Source: Candidatus Obscuribacteraceae bacterium (GTDB taxonomy: Bacteria > Cyanobacteriota > Vampirovibrionia > Obscuribacterales > Obscuribacteraceae). From it: a stretch of DNA of 64,000 bases. Position 1 is the stretch's first letter. Each line of letters begins with the position of its first letter. The translations under genes were made by a program, and so were the position numbers. The stretch spans positions 352,001-416,000 of the forward strand of contig JBGAHS010000006.1 of assembly GCA_044226015.1 (NCBI GenBank), written 5' to 3'. Of the stretch, positions 19,814 to 29,910 are shown one piece after another. Below the pieces are notes generated by a model, which did no database searches, was not told the DNA's origin, and was given only the letters and a program-made list of their open reading frames with translations.

Positions 19814-22276
19814 CTACCGCCTTGCTCTCACTCTTCCGGCACCGGCTCTGCCAGCGCGACTGTGAGATTTTTTATTAGCAGGGCGGCTGGCACCTGCATG
19901 TGCGGATTTCGCAACATTTGAATGCCCTTGCTTTCGACCGTAACCTGATTTGCCAACAGCGCTTTTTCCATAAGAACGTCCCGCAGAGCCATGAGCTGCC
20001 TTAGAACCACTGCTTCTGCCTTCTGAGCGCCCTTCCGAACCGTAGCCAGATTTGGCACCATAACTTCTGCCTTCTGCGCGTCCTTCCGAACCGTAGCCAG
20101 ATTTAGCACCATAGCTTCTGCCTTCTGAGCGTCCTTCCGAACCGTAGCCAGATTTAGCACCATAGCTTCTGCCTTCTGAGCGTCCTTCTGAACCGTAGCC
20201 AGATTTCGCACCATAGCTTCTGCCTTCTGAGCGTCCTTCTGAACCGTAGCCAGATTTGGCACCATAGCTTCTGCCTTCTGAGCGCCCTTCTGAAGCGTAG
20301 CCAGATTTAGCACCATAGCTTCTGCCTTCTGAGCGCCCTTCCGAACCGTAGCCAGATTTGGCACCATAGTTTCTGCCTTCTGAGCGTCCTTCTGAACCGT
20401 AGCCAGATTTGGCACCATAGCTTCTGCCTTCTGCGCGTCCTTCTGAACCGTAGCCAGATTTGGCACCATAGCTTCTGCCTTCTGCGCGTCCTTCTGAACC
20501 GTAGCCAGATTTGGCACCATAGCCTCTGCCTTCTGCGCGTCCTTCTGAACCATAGCCAGATTTGGCACCATAGGCGCTACGATTTTCTTGAGATCTTCCG
20601 CCAGAACCATATGTGGACTTTTGCCCGTTGCTTCTTGCACGGTCTTCAGACCCGTTGCTGTACTTTGAACGAACGCTTTGCTTTTCCTGCGAACGCTTGC
20701 CGAAGCCGTCGGAAGAATAGTTTTGTTGATCTATAGAATCGCCATAACCATCAGAGTTTGACTTCCCAACAGAACCATCTCTGTAGACTGCAGACTGTCT
20801 TCCTTTGTTATCTGAACCATAACCTGCAGAACGGCTGCGATCATTCCTGCCGTATTCAGATGCTGCAGAATGCCTAGAAGAGGAATTGGAGCGGCTTGAA
20901 CCATAAGCCTTTCGACCTTTATGTTCATGTTTTAATTTCGAAGAGTCATTGCCAGAAAATTCCGTTTCGTTACCATCGGATGACTCTGAGTCGTTAAAAT
21001 AACGCTTAGCAAATCTGTTACGTCCGAACTGAGCTTCGCGGCCAAAGTCAGAGCGAGAGCCCGATTGAGCCTTCGCTAGAGGTTTTCTGTAAGCATCTTC
21101 TTTAGGCTGATATTCTTCTTGAATCTCAACAACTTTGCGAGCAGAACGAATTTCAACGACTTCTCGTTTTCCATTTCCATTCTTCAAAACATCAAATATA
21201 GCTTTGACAAGATGACGCTGATCGTTGGAAACAAATGAATGCGCAAAACCAGCGCGTCCAGCTCTGCCAGTACGTCCGATGCGATGGACATAATCTTCGG
21301 CAAGCATAGGCAAATCAAAATTGACCACGTGACTTATAGATGGAATGTCGAGCCCACGCGCAGCAACATCAGTAGCAATGAGGATGCAAAACTCTCCGTC
21401 TCTAAATCTCTTAATAGTGTAAGAGCGTTGCTTTTGGCTTATATCACCGTGAATCTCTTCTGCCGGAATTTCCAGCTCACGGAGGGCAGCTGTAAGTTGT
21501 GACGCCTTACGCTTCGTCTTTGTGAAAACAAGCATAGAGTCTACTGATACATCGCCAATCAGCTCAACAAGCCTTTTTTGCTTTTCCTTCTCTTTAATGT
21601 AGTGGAATTGCTGATCAATCGACGCTGCTTCAACCTTGTCATTGTTCACCTGAATAACTTCCGGCGATTGCAAGAATTCCTCGGCAAGATCCTTAATACG
21701 ATTGTCTATGGTGGCAGAAAACATGAGCGTTTGGCGCACTTTAGGAACCCGAGCCATAACAGCTCTGACTTGCGGCATGAAACCCATGTCTAGCAGTCGG
21801 TCTGCTTCATCGAGTACAACATGTTCAACTACATTTAAGTTCGCGTAGTTGCGATTCACACAATCAACAAGTCGACCTGGTGTGGCAACAATCACGTCAA
21901 CACCACGATGTAGCGCTTGAATTTGCTTCCTGTAGCCGACCCCACCAAACAAGGTGATAAGTTTCAAGCCAAAAGGCTTGCCAAATCGTTCGAATTCCGT
22001 CGCGACTTGTGTTGCCAACTCTCTAGTTGGAACGACAACGAGCGCTCTGGTCTTAACTTTTTCACCAGCTTTGGTGCTTTGTGACAATTTGGCGATTAGC
22101 GGAAGAGCATATGCCGCCGTTTTACCAGAGCCAGTCTGCGCTGAAGCTATCAGGTCCTCGCCAGCACTGACGGTTCCAATAGCTTTGACTTGAATTTCCG
22201 TCGGCTCAACAAATCCAATCGCATTTAGATGACTAACCATTTCACTGGAAAGTCCAAGTTCACAGAATGACACCAC
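19814..22276 (-). CDS. DEAD-box RNA helicase (RhlE/DeaD-like) with a long low-complexity C-terminal tail
   Basis: Q motif, AQTGSGKT, PTRELA, DEAD, SAT, TDVAARGLD, HRIGRTGRAG. Confidence 0.96.
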   Translation of the reverse strand: MVSFCELGLSSEMVSHLNAIGFVEPTEIQVKAIGTVSAGEDLIASAQTGSGKTAAYALPLIAKLSQSTKAGEKVKTRALVVVPTRELATQVATEFERFGKPFGLKLITLFGGVGYRKQIQALHRGVDVIVATPGRLVDCVNRNYANLNVVEHVVLDEADRLLDMGFMPQVRAVMARVPKVRQTLMFSATIDNRIKDLAEEFLQSPEVIQVNNDKVEAASIDQQFHYIKEKEKQKRLVELIGDVSVDSMLVFTKTKRKASQLTAALRELEIPAEEIHGDISQKQRSYTIKRFRDGEFCILIATDVAARGLDIPSISHVVNFDLPMLAEDYVHRIGRTGRAGRAGFAHSFVSNDQRHLVKAIFDVLKNGNGKREVVEIRSARKVVEIQEEYQPKEDAYRKPLAKAQSGSRSDFGREAQFGRNRFAKRYFNDSESSDGNETEFSGNDSSKLKHEHKGRKAYGSSRSNSSSRHSAASEYGRNDRSRSAGYGSDNKGRQSAVYRDGSVGKSNSDGYGDSIDQQNYSSDGFGKRSQEKQSVRSKYSNGSEDRARSNGQKSTYGSGGRSQENRSAYGAKSGYGSEGRAEGRGYGAKSGYGSEGRAEGRSYGAKSGYGSEGRAEGRSYGAKSGYGSEGRSEGRNYGAKSGYGSEGRSEGRSYGAKSGYASEGRSEGRSYGAKSGYGSEGRSEGRSYGAKSGYGSEGRSEGRSYGAKSGYGSEGRSEGRSYGAKSGYGSEGRAEGRSYGAKSGYGSEGRSEGRSSGSKAAHGSAGRSYGKSAVGKSGYGRKQGHSNVAKSAHAGASRPANKKSHSRAGRAGAGRVRARR
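20012..20572 (-). repeat. 11 tandem 51-bp coding repeats (YGAKSGYGSEGR[S/A]EGRS)
   Basis: Counted directly in the DNA and protein. Confidence 0.95.
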
Positions 22277-22597
22277 AAAACACCTTCACGATTCACATTG
22301 TCCGGCCTTCAGGACGGGACTTTATGAGGAACTAAAATCGCAGTATTACACATATTGGCAACTTTGTCCGTGGGAAATCAACATAATCGGGGGTTCCTGT
22401 GACAACCCTTTACGTAGCAAGCCTTTGTAAGCTTGCTCTCATGCTAAGCAGGCAAATCAGCTATTATTCGAACCGTCTCAAAACAGCAAGGTCGTTTCCA
22501 GTAAAGCCCGGACCAGCAGGCATTCCGAAATTTCGCGTACGTACTTTCACCCTTGCCTGATTATGAGTTTCAACTAATATACATTCGGGAGCTTTCG

Positions 22598-24361
22598 ATG
22601 GGTTGGAGTCATACTGGGCCAATGGATTTTGCACATAGTGCTAATTCTGAAACAAAACAAGCAATCTCATTGGCAGATGAGTCGAGACGTTTTCGCGCTG
22701 ATAGCTTGTTCAATTCACCACAAGAGCCACTCAGCCTGCTGAAGATTCAAGATGATGCACAGAAGCTAAACTCGATTACCCAAGCAGGAATGAGTTCACA
22801 GAAGATTCTCGTGGCAGACAATACAGACCACGTAAGAACTTCCCCTTTTACAAGGGCAGCAGAAAAGAAAATTGAACTGCCATCATGGATGGTGCAAAGC
22901 AAACAGGGTGAAATCGCCAATAAAGAGCGTCCATCTTTTCCGAAGTTTGAATCAAATCAGCAGCCCAAAGAGCAGCCCAAAGAGCAGCCTAAAACGCAGT
23001 CCAACCCATTTCCTTTTCCGCAAAACAATGCTGAAAAATCTGGTGGGCTAAAAGAAACAAAGAGATTCTCATTACCTGAAGAACAAGGTCCTTTATATCG
23101 CGATGCAAACCTCCGAGCAGGAAACGTTGCTTTAACGAAGTTAGACTCTCAAGAAGCGGCAAAAATTATCGGCTCTATACCAGAACTCTTTCGCAAAGAG
23201 GGTATGAGAGAACTCACCATGCTTACCGCCGACGACTCGAAGAAAAAACAAGTGTATGTCTCACAAGACGCAAGCACCTATCAGAAGCAAAACCCTGGAA
23301 AGGTTGTTTTCTCAACAATTCAAGAAGCGGTAAACAAAGCTCCGAAAGATAGCGTCATAAATGTCATTGCAGGAACAAACGGAAAGGCTTATACAGAAAG
23401 CGTATCGGTTGGTCGTTCAGATCTAACCATCAGCACAAACCAACAGAGTCCTGCGGTAATTGATGGAGGCGGCTTCAACATTGGGAGTAACATTCACGAT
23501 GTGAGAATACTCAATTTTGATTTCCGTAACTTCACTGGTCGAGAAGCCGCAATTCGCGTAGAAGGGAAAAACATTGCGAATATAGTCGTTGGCGGCAACT
23601 ACTTTTACTCTGCCGTTGGATCAGAAGCCGCTGGGTTTTATGGAACAGGTTCTGCCGAACAAGAAGCAATGAAAAACGTTTATTTAGTCGGAAACGTCGT
23701 AGGACAAGACAGACAGGGTAACAGCAAGCCTCTCAATATAACTGCAAAGCAACTCGAAGCTACACCTTTTAACGGCAATGTTTCTGATGTAGTTGCTATA
23801 GGTAATCTATATTTTGGAACGAAAGATACTCCACTCAATTTAGGAATGGACTTTATCGGCGGCGAAAATGTCAGTGCTAATTCAGAATTAAACCGGGCAA
23901 GAAATGCATTTGTAGCTTTCAATTACTCCACACACATCGGGCATCCTCAACGATGGGCTTCAGGAGTCGCATACATCGACGGCGCATCTCGAATAACAGA
24001 GGTTCTTAATATGGCAGAGTCGTCAAACTTCTGTGGCGAAATCGGAGCAGAAAGACCTGGAGCTCACGCACGAGACAATACGTTTAGTGGTAATTTGTGC
24101 AAAGACATACAAAATTATTGGATCACTGTGGGTGCCCCAGACAATAACGGTGCAAAGGTTAGTGGAAGTAAAATTCAAAACAACATCATAATTAAGGCGA
24201 ACAATGCCGATGCCGATGCTCGAGCCCCTCAGCTGCAGTACAATCCTGGCATTACGAAACAGGAAATTATCAGCCGGAACCAGTTCTTTAACAAACCAAC
24301 AGATGTGACTACACTTCCTCAGAAGATAGTGGACCTTTATCGCTTTCACTTCAAGAAATAA
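22598..24361 (+). CDS. Protein with C-terminal right-handed beta-helix (pectin-lyase-like) domain
   Basis: FSTIQEAVNKAPKDSVINVIAG...YTESV entry motif followed by Asn-ladder repeats; disordered N-terminus with QPKE repeats. Confidence 0.65.
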   Translation: MGWSHTGPMDFAHSANSETKQAISLADESRRFRADSLFNSPQEPLSLLKIQDDAQKLNSITQAGMSSQKILVADNTDHVRTSPFTRAAEKKIELPSWMVQSKQGEIANKERPSFPKFESNQQPKEQPKEQPKTQSNPFPFPQNNAEKSGGLKETKRFSLPEEQGPLYRDANLRAGNVALTKLDSQEAAKIIGSIPELFRKEGMRELTMLTADDSKKKQVYVSQDASTYQKQNPGKVVFSTIQEAVNKAPKDSVINVIAGTNGKAYTESVSVGRSDLTISTNQQSPAVIDGGGFNIGSNIHDVRILNFDFRNFTGREAAIRVEGKNIANIVVGGNYFYSAVGSEAAGFYGTGSAEQEAMKNVYLVGNVVGQDRQGNSKPLNITAKQLEATPFNGNVSDVVAIGNLYFGTKDTPLNLGMDFIGGENVSANSELNRARNAFVAFNYSTHIGHPQRWASGVAYIDGASRITEVLNMAESSNFCGEIGAERPGAHARDNTFSGNLCKDIQNYWITVGAPDNNGAKVSGSKIQNNIIIKANNADADARAPQLQYNPGITKQEIISRNQFFNKPTDVTTLPQKIVDLYRFHFKK

Positions 24362-24429
24362 CAAAATAGAAGCAACCATTAGTCGCTTCTATTTCATTCA
24401 CCGCTATTGATGATTTGCTTAGCTTTTTG

Positions 24430-24648
24430 CTAATCCCCTGAAGATGGGGCTGATGGTGCTGGGGCTGGTGCCGACGGAGCAGGAGCTGAAGGAGCAGAAA
24501 TGTTAATCGTTTCACTCTTTGGCGTGCTACCACCGTGAGCCATGAAGAACCAGACTCCAAAACCTATAGCAGCAGCAAGCAAGATTGCAAGGATGCCCAT
24601 CGCTGCGCCGCCATCGGCTCCGCTATCGGAATTAACAACTGTGGTCAT
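24430..24648 (-). CDS. Small single-pass membrane protein with Pro/Ala tail
   Basis: AGGAGA RBS; TM segment MGILAILLAAAIGFGVWFF. Confidence 0.75.
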   Translation of the reverse strand: MTTVVNSDSGADGGAAMGILAILLAAAIGFGVWFFMAHGGSTPKSETINISAPSAPAPSAPAPAPSAPSSGD

Positions 24649-24725
24649 AATGTTTCTCCTATCACTGTGCACATATTCTGGCGAATAAAAGCCAGCTTGG
24701 TTCCAGTTGTATCCTGCGGAACATA

Positions 24726-26705
24726 GTGGTCTTTTCGCTGCTTAAAGAGTTCGATAGAATACTAGAGTTGGCTATTGAGGTCGCAATCTTGCTGGAATAT
24801 GTGCCAGTATTCATTTTGCTAGCGGGACTCGCGCTCCAGAATCATCGCGTCAACGAAAAACGTCGACTGAATTGGCATAGATTCAGCCCAAATCTATTCA
24901 AGCCATTTTCAAGAAGAACATACCGCCAAATTCCTCCATCTGACGCAATTAAGATTATTCGGCGCATCGCCACTACAAGTGATATCATCATCAGCGAAAA
25001 GAAGGCATATCAAATAAGCTGGAAAGGGCTAGTCGACAACATCGACGAGTCAAAAGTGGAAGCTACAATATTTATATCGAAAATAGGTCTTGAAAGTGGG
25101 TACAACCTCCCAAATCAAAAAACGTGGGTGAGATGGCATATCCTCTTTTCAGAAACAGACCCAACTGAAATCGAAATCAGAACCGAACTTGTTGCGCCTG
25201 AAATGCAAGAACCCGATCTGCGGTTAATTTTGAAGGAGCTAACACAACGACTGGATGAACAAATAAGGGCGTACATTCAGTCAATCAGGTATTTTGGAAG
25301 GACTGCTGAAATAACCTCATCTCTTATCGATAGAACCGGCGTGAGCAAGAGCCTGGACTTCAAATCGATTCAACTGCGGCACGAAGGTTCTGTTACACTG
25401 CCAATTCGCGAATATGCCGGAGTAAATGAAGAAGAAGCGATTAAATGCATAAAGATGGTTTGTGCTAACAGCAGCATTCTCTCGGATGCAATCAGTGGAA
25501 GACAGCATCTTCGCTGGACAGGTCAGGTGCAAGAGAGCCTGTCACGGAAGAACGAGCTTAATGTCAAAATCAAGTTTACAGATTACGGACAAGCATCAAA
25601 TGATCTAACAGAAGAACTAAATATGGACTGGGTGATTTCGAAAAACACAAACTCGACATGCCTGGAATGCAGCTGGCATGGAGCTTTCCAACAGAGCACC
25701 GGTGACATGGTTCGTTTTTTGTCAGAACAAGTTGATAATGAATTGCAAGACATTGAAATCAAGAAAACTGGGGTACACAATCCTGCGCAAAAACGCGCCA
25801 GAGCAGGCAAACATCCAGAAAAGACCGTGAAACAATTCTGGCCCAGCATGCAAGATTATAATGAAGCTGTGCAAAATCCTATTAGTTGCTTTTCCGATGA
25901 GATTTTGAAGAGTTCCACTGTGGACCTCAACCAGCTCGGGCTACCAAGGGTCATGTCGGGAGCATTCGCTAACGTTTATAAATTCTCCAATGGACGGGAA
26001 TCATATGCGGTGCGCTGTTTCATCAATGAACTGAAAGACGAAGACGTTCGCTATGAGAAAACCAGCCGCTTCATATGCGCGGACGACCTCATTTATACGG
26101 TTGATTTGAGCTATCTAAAGGAAGGCGTCTTTGTAAAGGGTGCATGGTTTCCTATCATCAAAATGGAATGGATCGAAGGTAGCACCGTCAATGACTACGT
26201 TGAAGAGCATTTGCGCAAACCGGAAAAAATTCGTTCCTTGCGAACTCGATTTCAAATCATGATGAACGCACTGAGAGATGCGGGAATAGCTCATGCCGAC
26301 CTGCAACACGGCAACATGATAATTAGAAACGAGGACTTTATTCTAGTTGATTACGACGCGATGTTCGTGCCTGAACTGAGCGGTTTTCATAGCAATGAAA
26401 AAGGTCATCCAAATTATCAACATCCACTTCGTGAAGGAAGGCATTTCGGTCCCTTCGTAGACAACTTCTCGGCCTGGATAATCGACACGGCTCTACTCTG
26501 CGCCGAAAGAGACCCGTCTGTTTGGACCAGTCATGCCGACTGTGAAGCAATGATCTTTAGAAAAAAGGATTTTGATTTGCCCGGCAAGTCGCAGCTTTTT
26601 TCGAGCCTCCTCTCTCACTCTGACAATGAAATTAGAGAGAGAGCAGAGAGAATAGTTCACTATCTTGGGCTCAACGTTGAGCAAATTCCGTACTTGGAAT
26701 ACTGA
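24726..26705 (+). CDS. Membrane-anchored protein with C-terminal protein-kinase-like domain
   Basis: SGAFANVYK, AVRCF, MEWIEG, HADLQHGN, LVDYD, NYQHP. Confidence 0.8.
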   Translation: MVFSLLKEFDRILELAIEVAILLEYVPVFILLAGLALQNHRVNEKRRLNWHRFSPNLFKPFSRRTYRQIPPSDAIKIIRRIATTSDIIISEKKAYQISWKGLVDNIDESKVEATIFISKIGLESGYNLPNQKTWVRWHILFSETDPTEIEIRTELVAPEMQEPDLRLILKELTQRLDEQIRAYIQSIRYFGRTAEITSSLIDRTGVSKSLDFKSIQLRHEGSVTLPIREYAGVNEEEAIKCIKMVCANSSILSDAISGRQHLRWTGQVQESLSRKNELNVKIKFTDYGQASNDLTEELNMDWVISKNTNSTCLECSWHGAFQQSTGDMVRFLSEQVDNELQDIEIKKTGVHNPAQKRARAGKHPEKTVKQFWPSMQDYNEAVQNPISCFSDEILKSSTVDLNQLGLPRVMSGAFANVYKFSNGRESYAVRCFINELKDEDVRYEKTSRFICADDLIYTVDLSYLKEGVFVKGAWFPIIKMEWIEGSTVNDYVEEHLRKPEKIRSLRTRFQIMMNALRDAGIAHADLQHGNMIIRNEDFILVDYDAMFVPELSGFHSNEKGHPNYQHPLREGRHFGPFVDNFSAWIIDTALLCAERDPSVWTSHADCEAMIFRKKDFDLPGKSQLFSSLLSHSDNEIRERAERIVHYLGLNVEQIPYLEY

Positions 26706-26934
26706 AATCTTAGAACCATCAAAGTTCAAAGCCTGTGGACCGTGAAACTCCAAATGCTTGGGTCAGTTCATTCTTTCAAAAGCGCTGACAAATTTCGCGG
26801 CAAGCTTAACTCAAGCTAATAGCGATTTCCAATTTGTCCCTTATTTTTACAGGTTGAAGCTACGCTTAGCAGGATAATTACAGTTAGCAAGCTAAAGTAG
26901 CGAGCTTCCCCTCTCATGGTTTACTTAGTTCTCA

Positions 26935-27324
26935 ATGGAACAAGACAAAATGGACAATCCCGAAAAAGCGAAAATAGATCTTGCGAAGGTCAACAATGCA
27001 CTTGCTCTTGACCGAACCTTGTTCGCAGCTATCAGGACAGCACTTTCGCTTACCGGATTCGGTTTCACGTTGGCCAAATGTGTCCATGACATGATAAAGA
27101 ACGGTGCGCTTCATGGGGTGAAATCGAGTTATCCCAGAGAGATTGGCTTGGCTCTAATGGGACTCGGACTTGCGACGCTAGTTGGTGGCGTGATCGAGCA
27201 CATAAAATTGGGACGGAGAATTCATGACACAGGATTTACATGGTCAGTTTCTCTGATCGTTGCAGTCGGTTTGGTTCTTTTAGCAATCATGCTCATCTGG
27301 AATTTATTAACTGAAATAAACTAG
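26935..27324 (+). CDS. DUF202/YidH family membrane protein
   Basis: LALDRTLFAAIRTALSLTGFG; three TM segments. Confidence 0.85.
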   Translation: MEQDKMDNPEKAKIDLAKVNNALALDRTLFAAIRTALSLTGFGFTLAKCVHDMIKNGALHGVKSSYPREIGLALMGLGLATLVGGVIEHIKLGRRIHDTGFTWSVSLIVAVGLVLLAIMLIWNLLTEIN

Positions 27325-27907
27325 AGCGTCATCCCTTCGCTCAGTCCATTCATCAATTCATAGCTCTATCTATCCATCCATCTATCTATCTATCGCTCGG
27401 TCAATTGATAGATCCCTTCAAAGAACCATTCATTCATCAGTCCGACAATCCATCAATCCGCCGCTCGATCGGTTCTCAGAGCGGGGATCCGTCCATCTGT
27501 CAATTCATCTATACGCCGCCTGTTCGCTCCAGGAAAGATGCATATCTTCGAGCTGCAACGGTTTTCGAAACGGCTTTCATCTCAATACTTTCTGCCTGGA
27601 TGTATTCGATACTTCTACTAGCTGGATGTATTTTCGATTCCATATATAGGAAGTCATTTCAAACCAGAAAATCCTACTCGCTTAAAGAATGATGTTTGCG
27701 AAGCGCATCAATCCTGAGGATGAGTTTAGCAGAATTGTATTGAATTCTCTCTCAGATATGTCACAAATTTTCCTCTAGTTATTGAGAAGCAATTCAACTT
27801 CGGTGTAAATCACTAGATAATCAGCGAACGAGAACGACACTTTACAACAACTCTAAACCCAGATTCTGCAACAGTCCCGGAATCATGTCCTTATATTTCA
27901 AATTGAG

Positions 27908-28005
27908 CTCAAATCGGGTTAATATCATTGACATGCTTACTGAGAACATATAGTCTTAACCCAGCTAATTGAGAATTATTGTCAAATCAATCCAATATCA
28001 TTGAC
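27908..28005 (+). promoter_or_regulatory. Duplicated 24-bp operator-like site upstream of the Flp pilin
   Basis: TCAAATC-N5-AATATCATTGAC at 27909-27932 and 27982-28005. Confidence 0.5.
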
Positions 28006-28071
28006 TTCAATTTTCACGTCTCACTTTTCTTGTTGTTCCTTATTTTGAATCGCACACAAAGGAGAATTCAA

Positions 28072-28296
28072 ATGCGTCGCAGTAAAAAAGGTCAAAGCAT
28101 GGTTGAGTACGCACTCGGAATCGGTTGCGTTGCAGCAGTATGCATGGTGGCAATGAGCGTTCTAGGACACATCTCAGGCGATATCTTCAACAACGTTCAA
28201 AGCGCAATCAACTATGAAGGTTCACCAGGCAGCCACGGAGTTGCTGACCCAGGCAAACTCGTAAACAACGGTCAAACCCCCTGGGCGCTTCAATAA
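28072..28296 (+). CDS. flp: Flp family pilin
   Basis: AAGGAG RBS; KKG/QSMVEY prepilin motif followed by a hydrophobic helix. Confidence 0.9.
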   Translation: MRRSKKGQSMVEYALGIGCVAAVCMVAMSVLGHISGDIFNNVQSAINYEGSPGSHGVADPGKLVNNGQTPWALQ

Positions 28297-28317
28297 TCAA
28301 AGCTTGAGGAACATGGA

Positions 28318-28911
28318 TTGTTCATCGTGAATATTAGCTTGAAAAACAGAGCAAAACGTGGACAATCCATGGTCGAGTTTGCCCTCGCCATTCCCTTTCT
28401 ACTATTAGTACTTCTCGGAATAGTCTATTTCGGGAAGTACTTTTTTGTAGCACAAAATGTCGTGTATGCGGCACAGGAAGGCGCTCGCATGGCTGCTCGA
28501 GTTCCAAACTTGAAAGACCCATCTGTACGAGATGCTATTAGAGGATTCACCACAGACGGTGCTCTAATTGGTACGGACGATGCGACCCAAAATCCATCAC
28601 CTATATACTGTGCATTATCAGCCGCAAAAATGCTGAGCGGTGATGATGGTGCACACGGCAATTTGCCCGCTGGCGCAGAAGTAAAAATTCTGCCCTATGA
28701 CGACAATGGCACCGATTCCGGTACTGTCACGATCCAGATCAAATACCCATTCGGACTCATGCTCGATTATCGCAGCTCTGCTCCGCAAAGTGAGTTCGGA
28801 AATTCGATTGACATCGTATCTGGTGCGACAAAATCAGAAACACCAGTGTCGTTTGCAAACATATCAATTCAACAGTCCGCCTCGGCTACACACGAGATTT
28901 ATCAGGACTAG
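28318..28911 (+). CDS. tadE: TadE-like pseudopilin
   Basis: RGQSMVEFALAIPFLLL...AAQEGARMA. Confidence 0.88.
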   Translation: MFIVNISLKNRAKRGQSMVEFALAIPFLLLVLLGIVYFGKYFFVAQNVVYAAQEGARMAARVPNLKDPSVRDAIRGFTTDGALIGTDDATQNPSPIYCALSAAKMLSGDDGAHGNLPAGAEVKILPYDDNGTDSGTVTIQIKYPFGLMLDYRSSAPQSEFGNSIDIVSGATKSETPVSFANISIQQSASATHEIYQD

Positions 28912-28920
28912 GAGGTCATT

Positions 28921-29910
28921 TTGGCTCAGTTAACAGCACCCGAATTGAACAAATCGCTCAACAAAGCGAATAGATTGACAGGGCAACAGTCCGAGAAATC
29001 AAAGAACAATTCCGTTCAATACATTATGCTGGCAACCCTAGTTATTCTAGTCTCACTCGCCGCGGCAAAGTCTTTTCTAACACCTAAAACCGACAATTCA
29101 GTCGTGCAAGTGGTTGCAGCTGGTGTTGACATACCAGCTGGCTGCAAAATCGACTTCGGCTCATTGCATTACTTGAACATTCCGAAGAAGTACTACACAA
29201 GTGGAATGCTCAACTCTTACGAAGAACTTGTAGGTAAAACTACCGCAGCATACATAAAAAAAGGAAATCCATTCCTCAAGAACGAAGTTCTCCAATCATC
29301 TTTATCTATGGCTCTGAAAAAAGAAGAACGTGCAATAACTCTGCGACTAGACCCTGAGATGCAGGTTGATTACAGTCTGAGAACTGGCGATAAGGTGGAC
29401 GTACTTGTAACAGTGCAAGCGCACGGAAACGGCAAAGCGGCAAACAAAAAGTATACAAAAACTCTTGCTCAAAATGTCACCGTTTTACTTGCGACACCTA
29501 GAGAAGCGCTGATGGGCTCAGGCTCTAAAATCTCGGATAGCAACAGAGTCACACTAGCAGCAAGTCCAGAAGATTGTGAACATCTTACACAAGCTGCCGA
29601 CACCGGCAAGCTCAGACTGGTGCTGCGCAATCGCATGTATCAGACAGACGAATTCTTGACTGGCGCTGATGAACGGGACCTTCTCCCGCATTTTGCGCAA
29701 AAGGAAATCGCAGAGGAAGCTTTGAAGGCAAACCAAACAAATGTTGTAGCCCCAGCTGCTCCGACATTCTTGCCTCCTCCTCCAGCGCCACAGAGTTTTC
29801 CGGAAGAAGCGCTAAGTATGCTTCCAGAAAAGGTGCAAGAACCTGTCAAATGGGTAGTTGAAATGTTCTCTGGCTCAAAGAAGGAAACCTATGCAATTCC
29901 GGTTAAGTGA
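28921..29910 (+). CDS. cpaB: Flp pilus assembly protein CpaB/RcpC
   Basis: SAF-like VVAAGVDIPAG, GDKVDVL, QNVTVL, GKLRLVLR. Confidence 0.88.
   Translation: MAQLTAPELNKSLNKANRLTGQQSEKSKNNSVQYIMLATLVILVSLAAAKSFLTPKTDNSVVQVVAAGVDIPAGCKIDFGSLHYLNIPKKYYTSGMLNSYEELVGKTTAAYIKKGNPFLKNEVLQSSLSMALKKEERAITLRLDPEMQVDYSLRTGDKVDVLVTVQAHGNGKAANKKYTKTLAQNVTVLLATPREALMGSGSKISDSNRVTLAASPEDCEHLTQAADTGKLRLVLRNRMYQTDEFLTGADERDLLPHFAQKEIAEEALKANQTNVVAPAAPTFLPPPPAPQSFPEEALSMLPEKVQEPVKWVVEMFSGSKKETYAIPVK

Noticed and set aside
19828..20640. 270-aa repeat ORF and a possible CRISPR-like periodicity
   Set aside because: Alternative frame of the helicase repeat; units are contiguous with no unique spacers and no cas genes.
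27330..27692. ATCC/ATCT low-complexity tract and a 95-aa ORF
   Set aside because: Simple-sequence DNA; the ORF has no RBS or recognisable motif.
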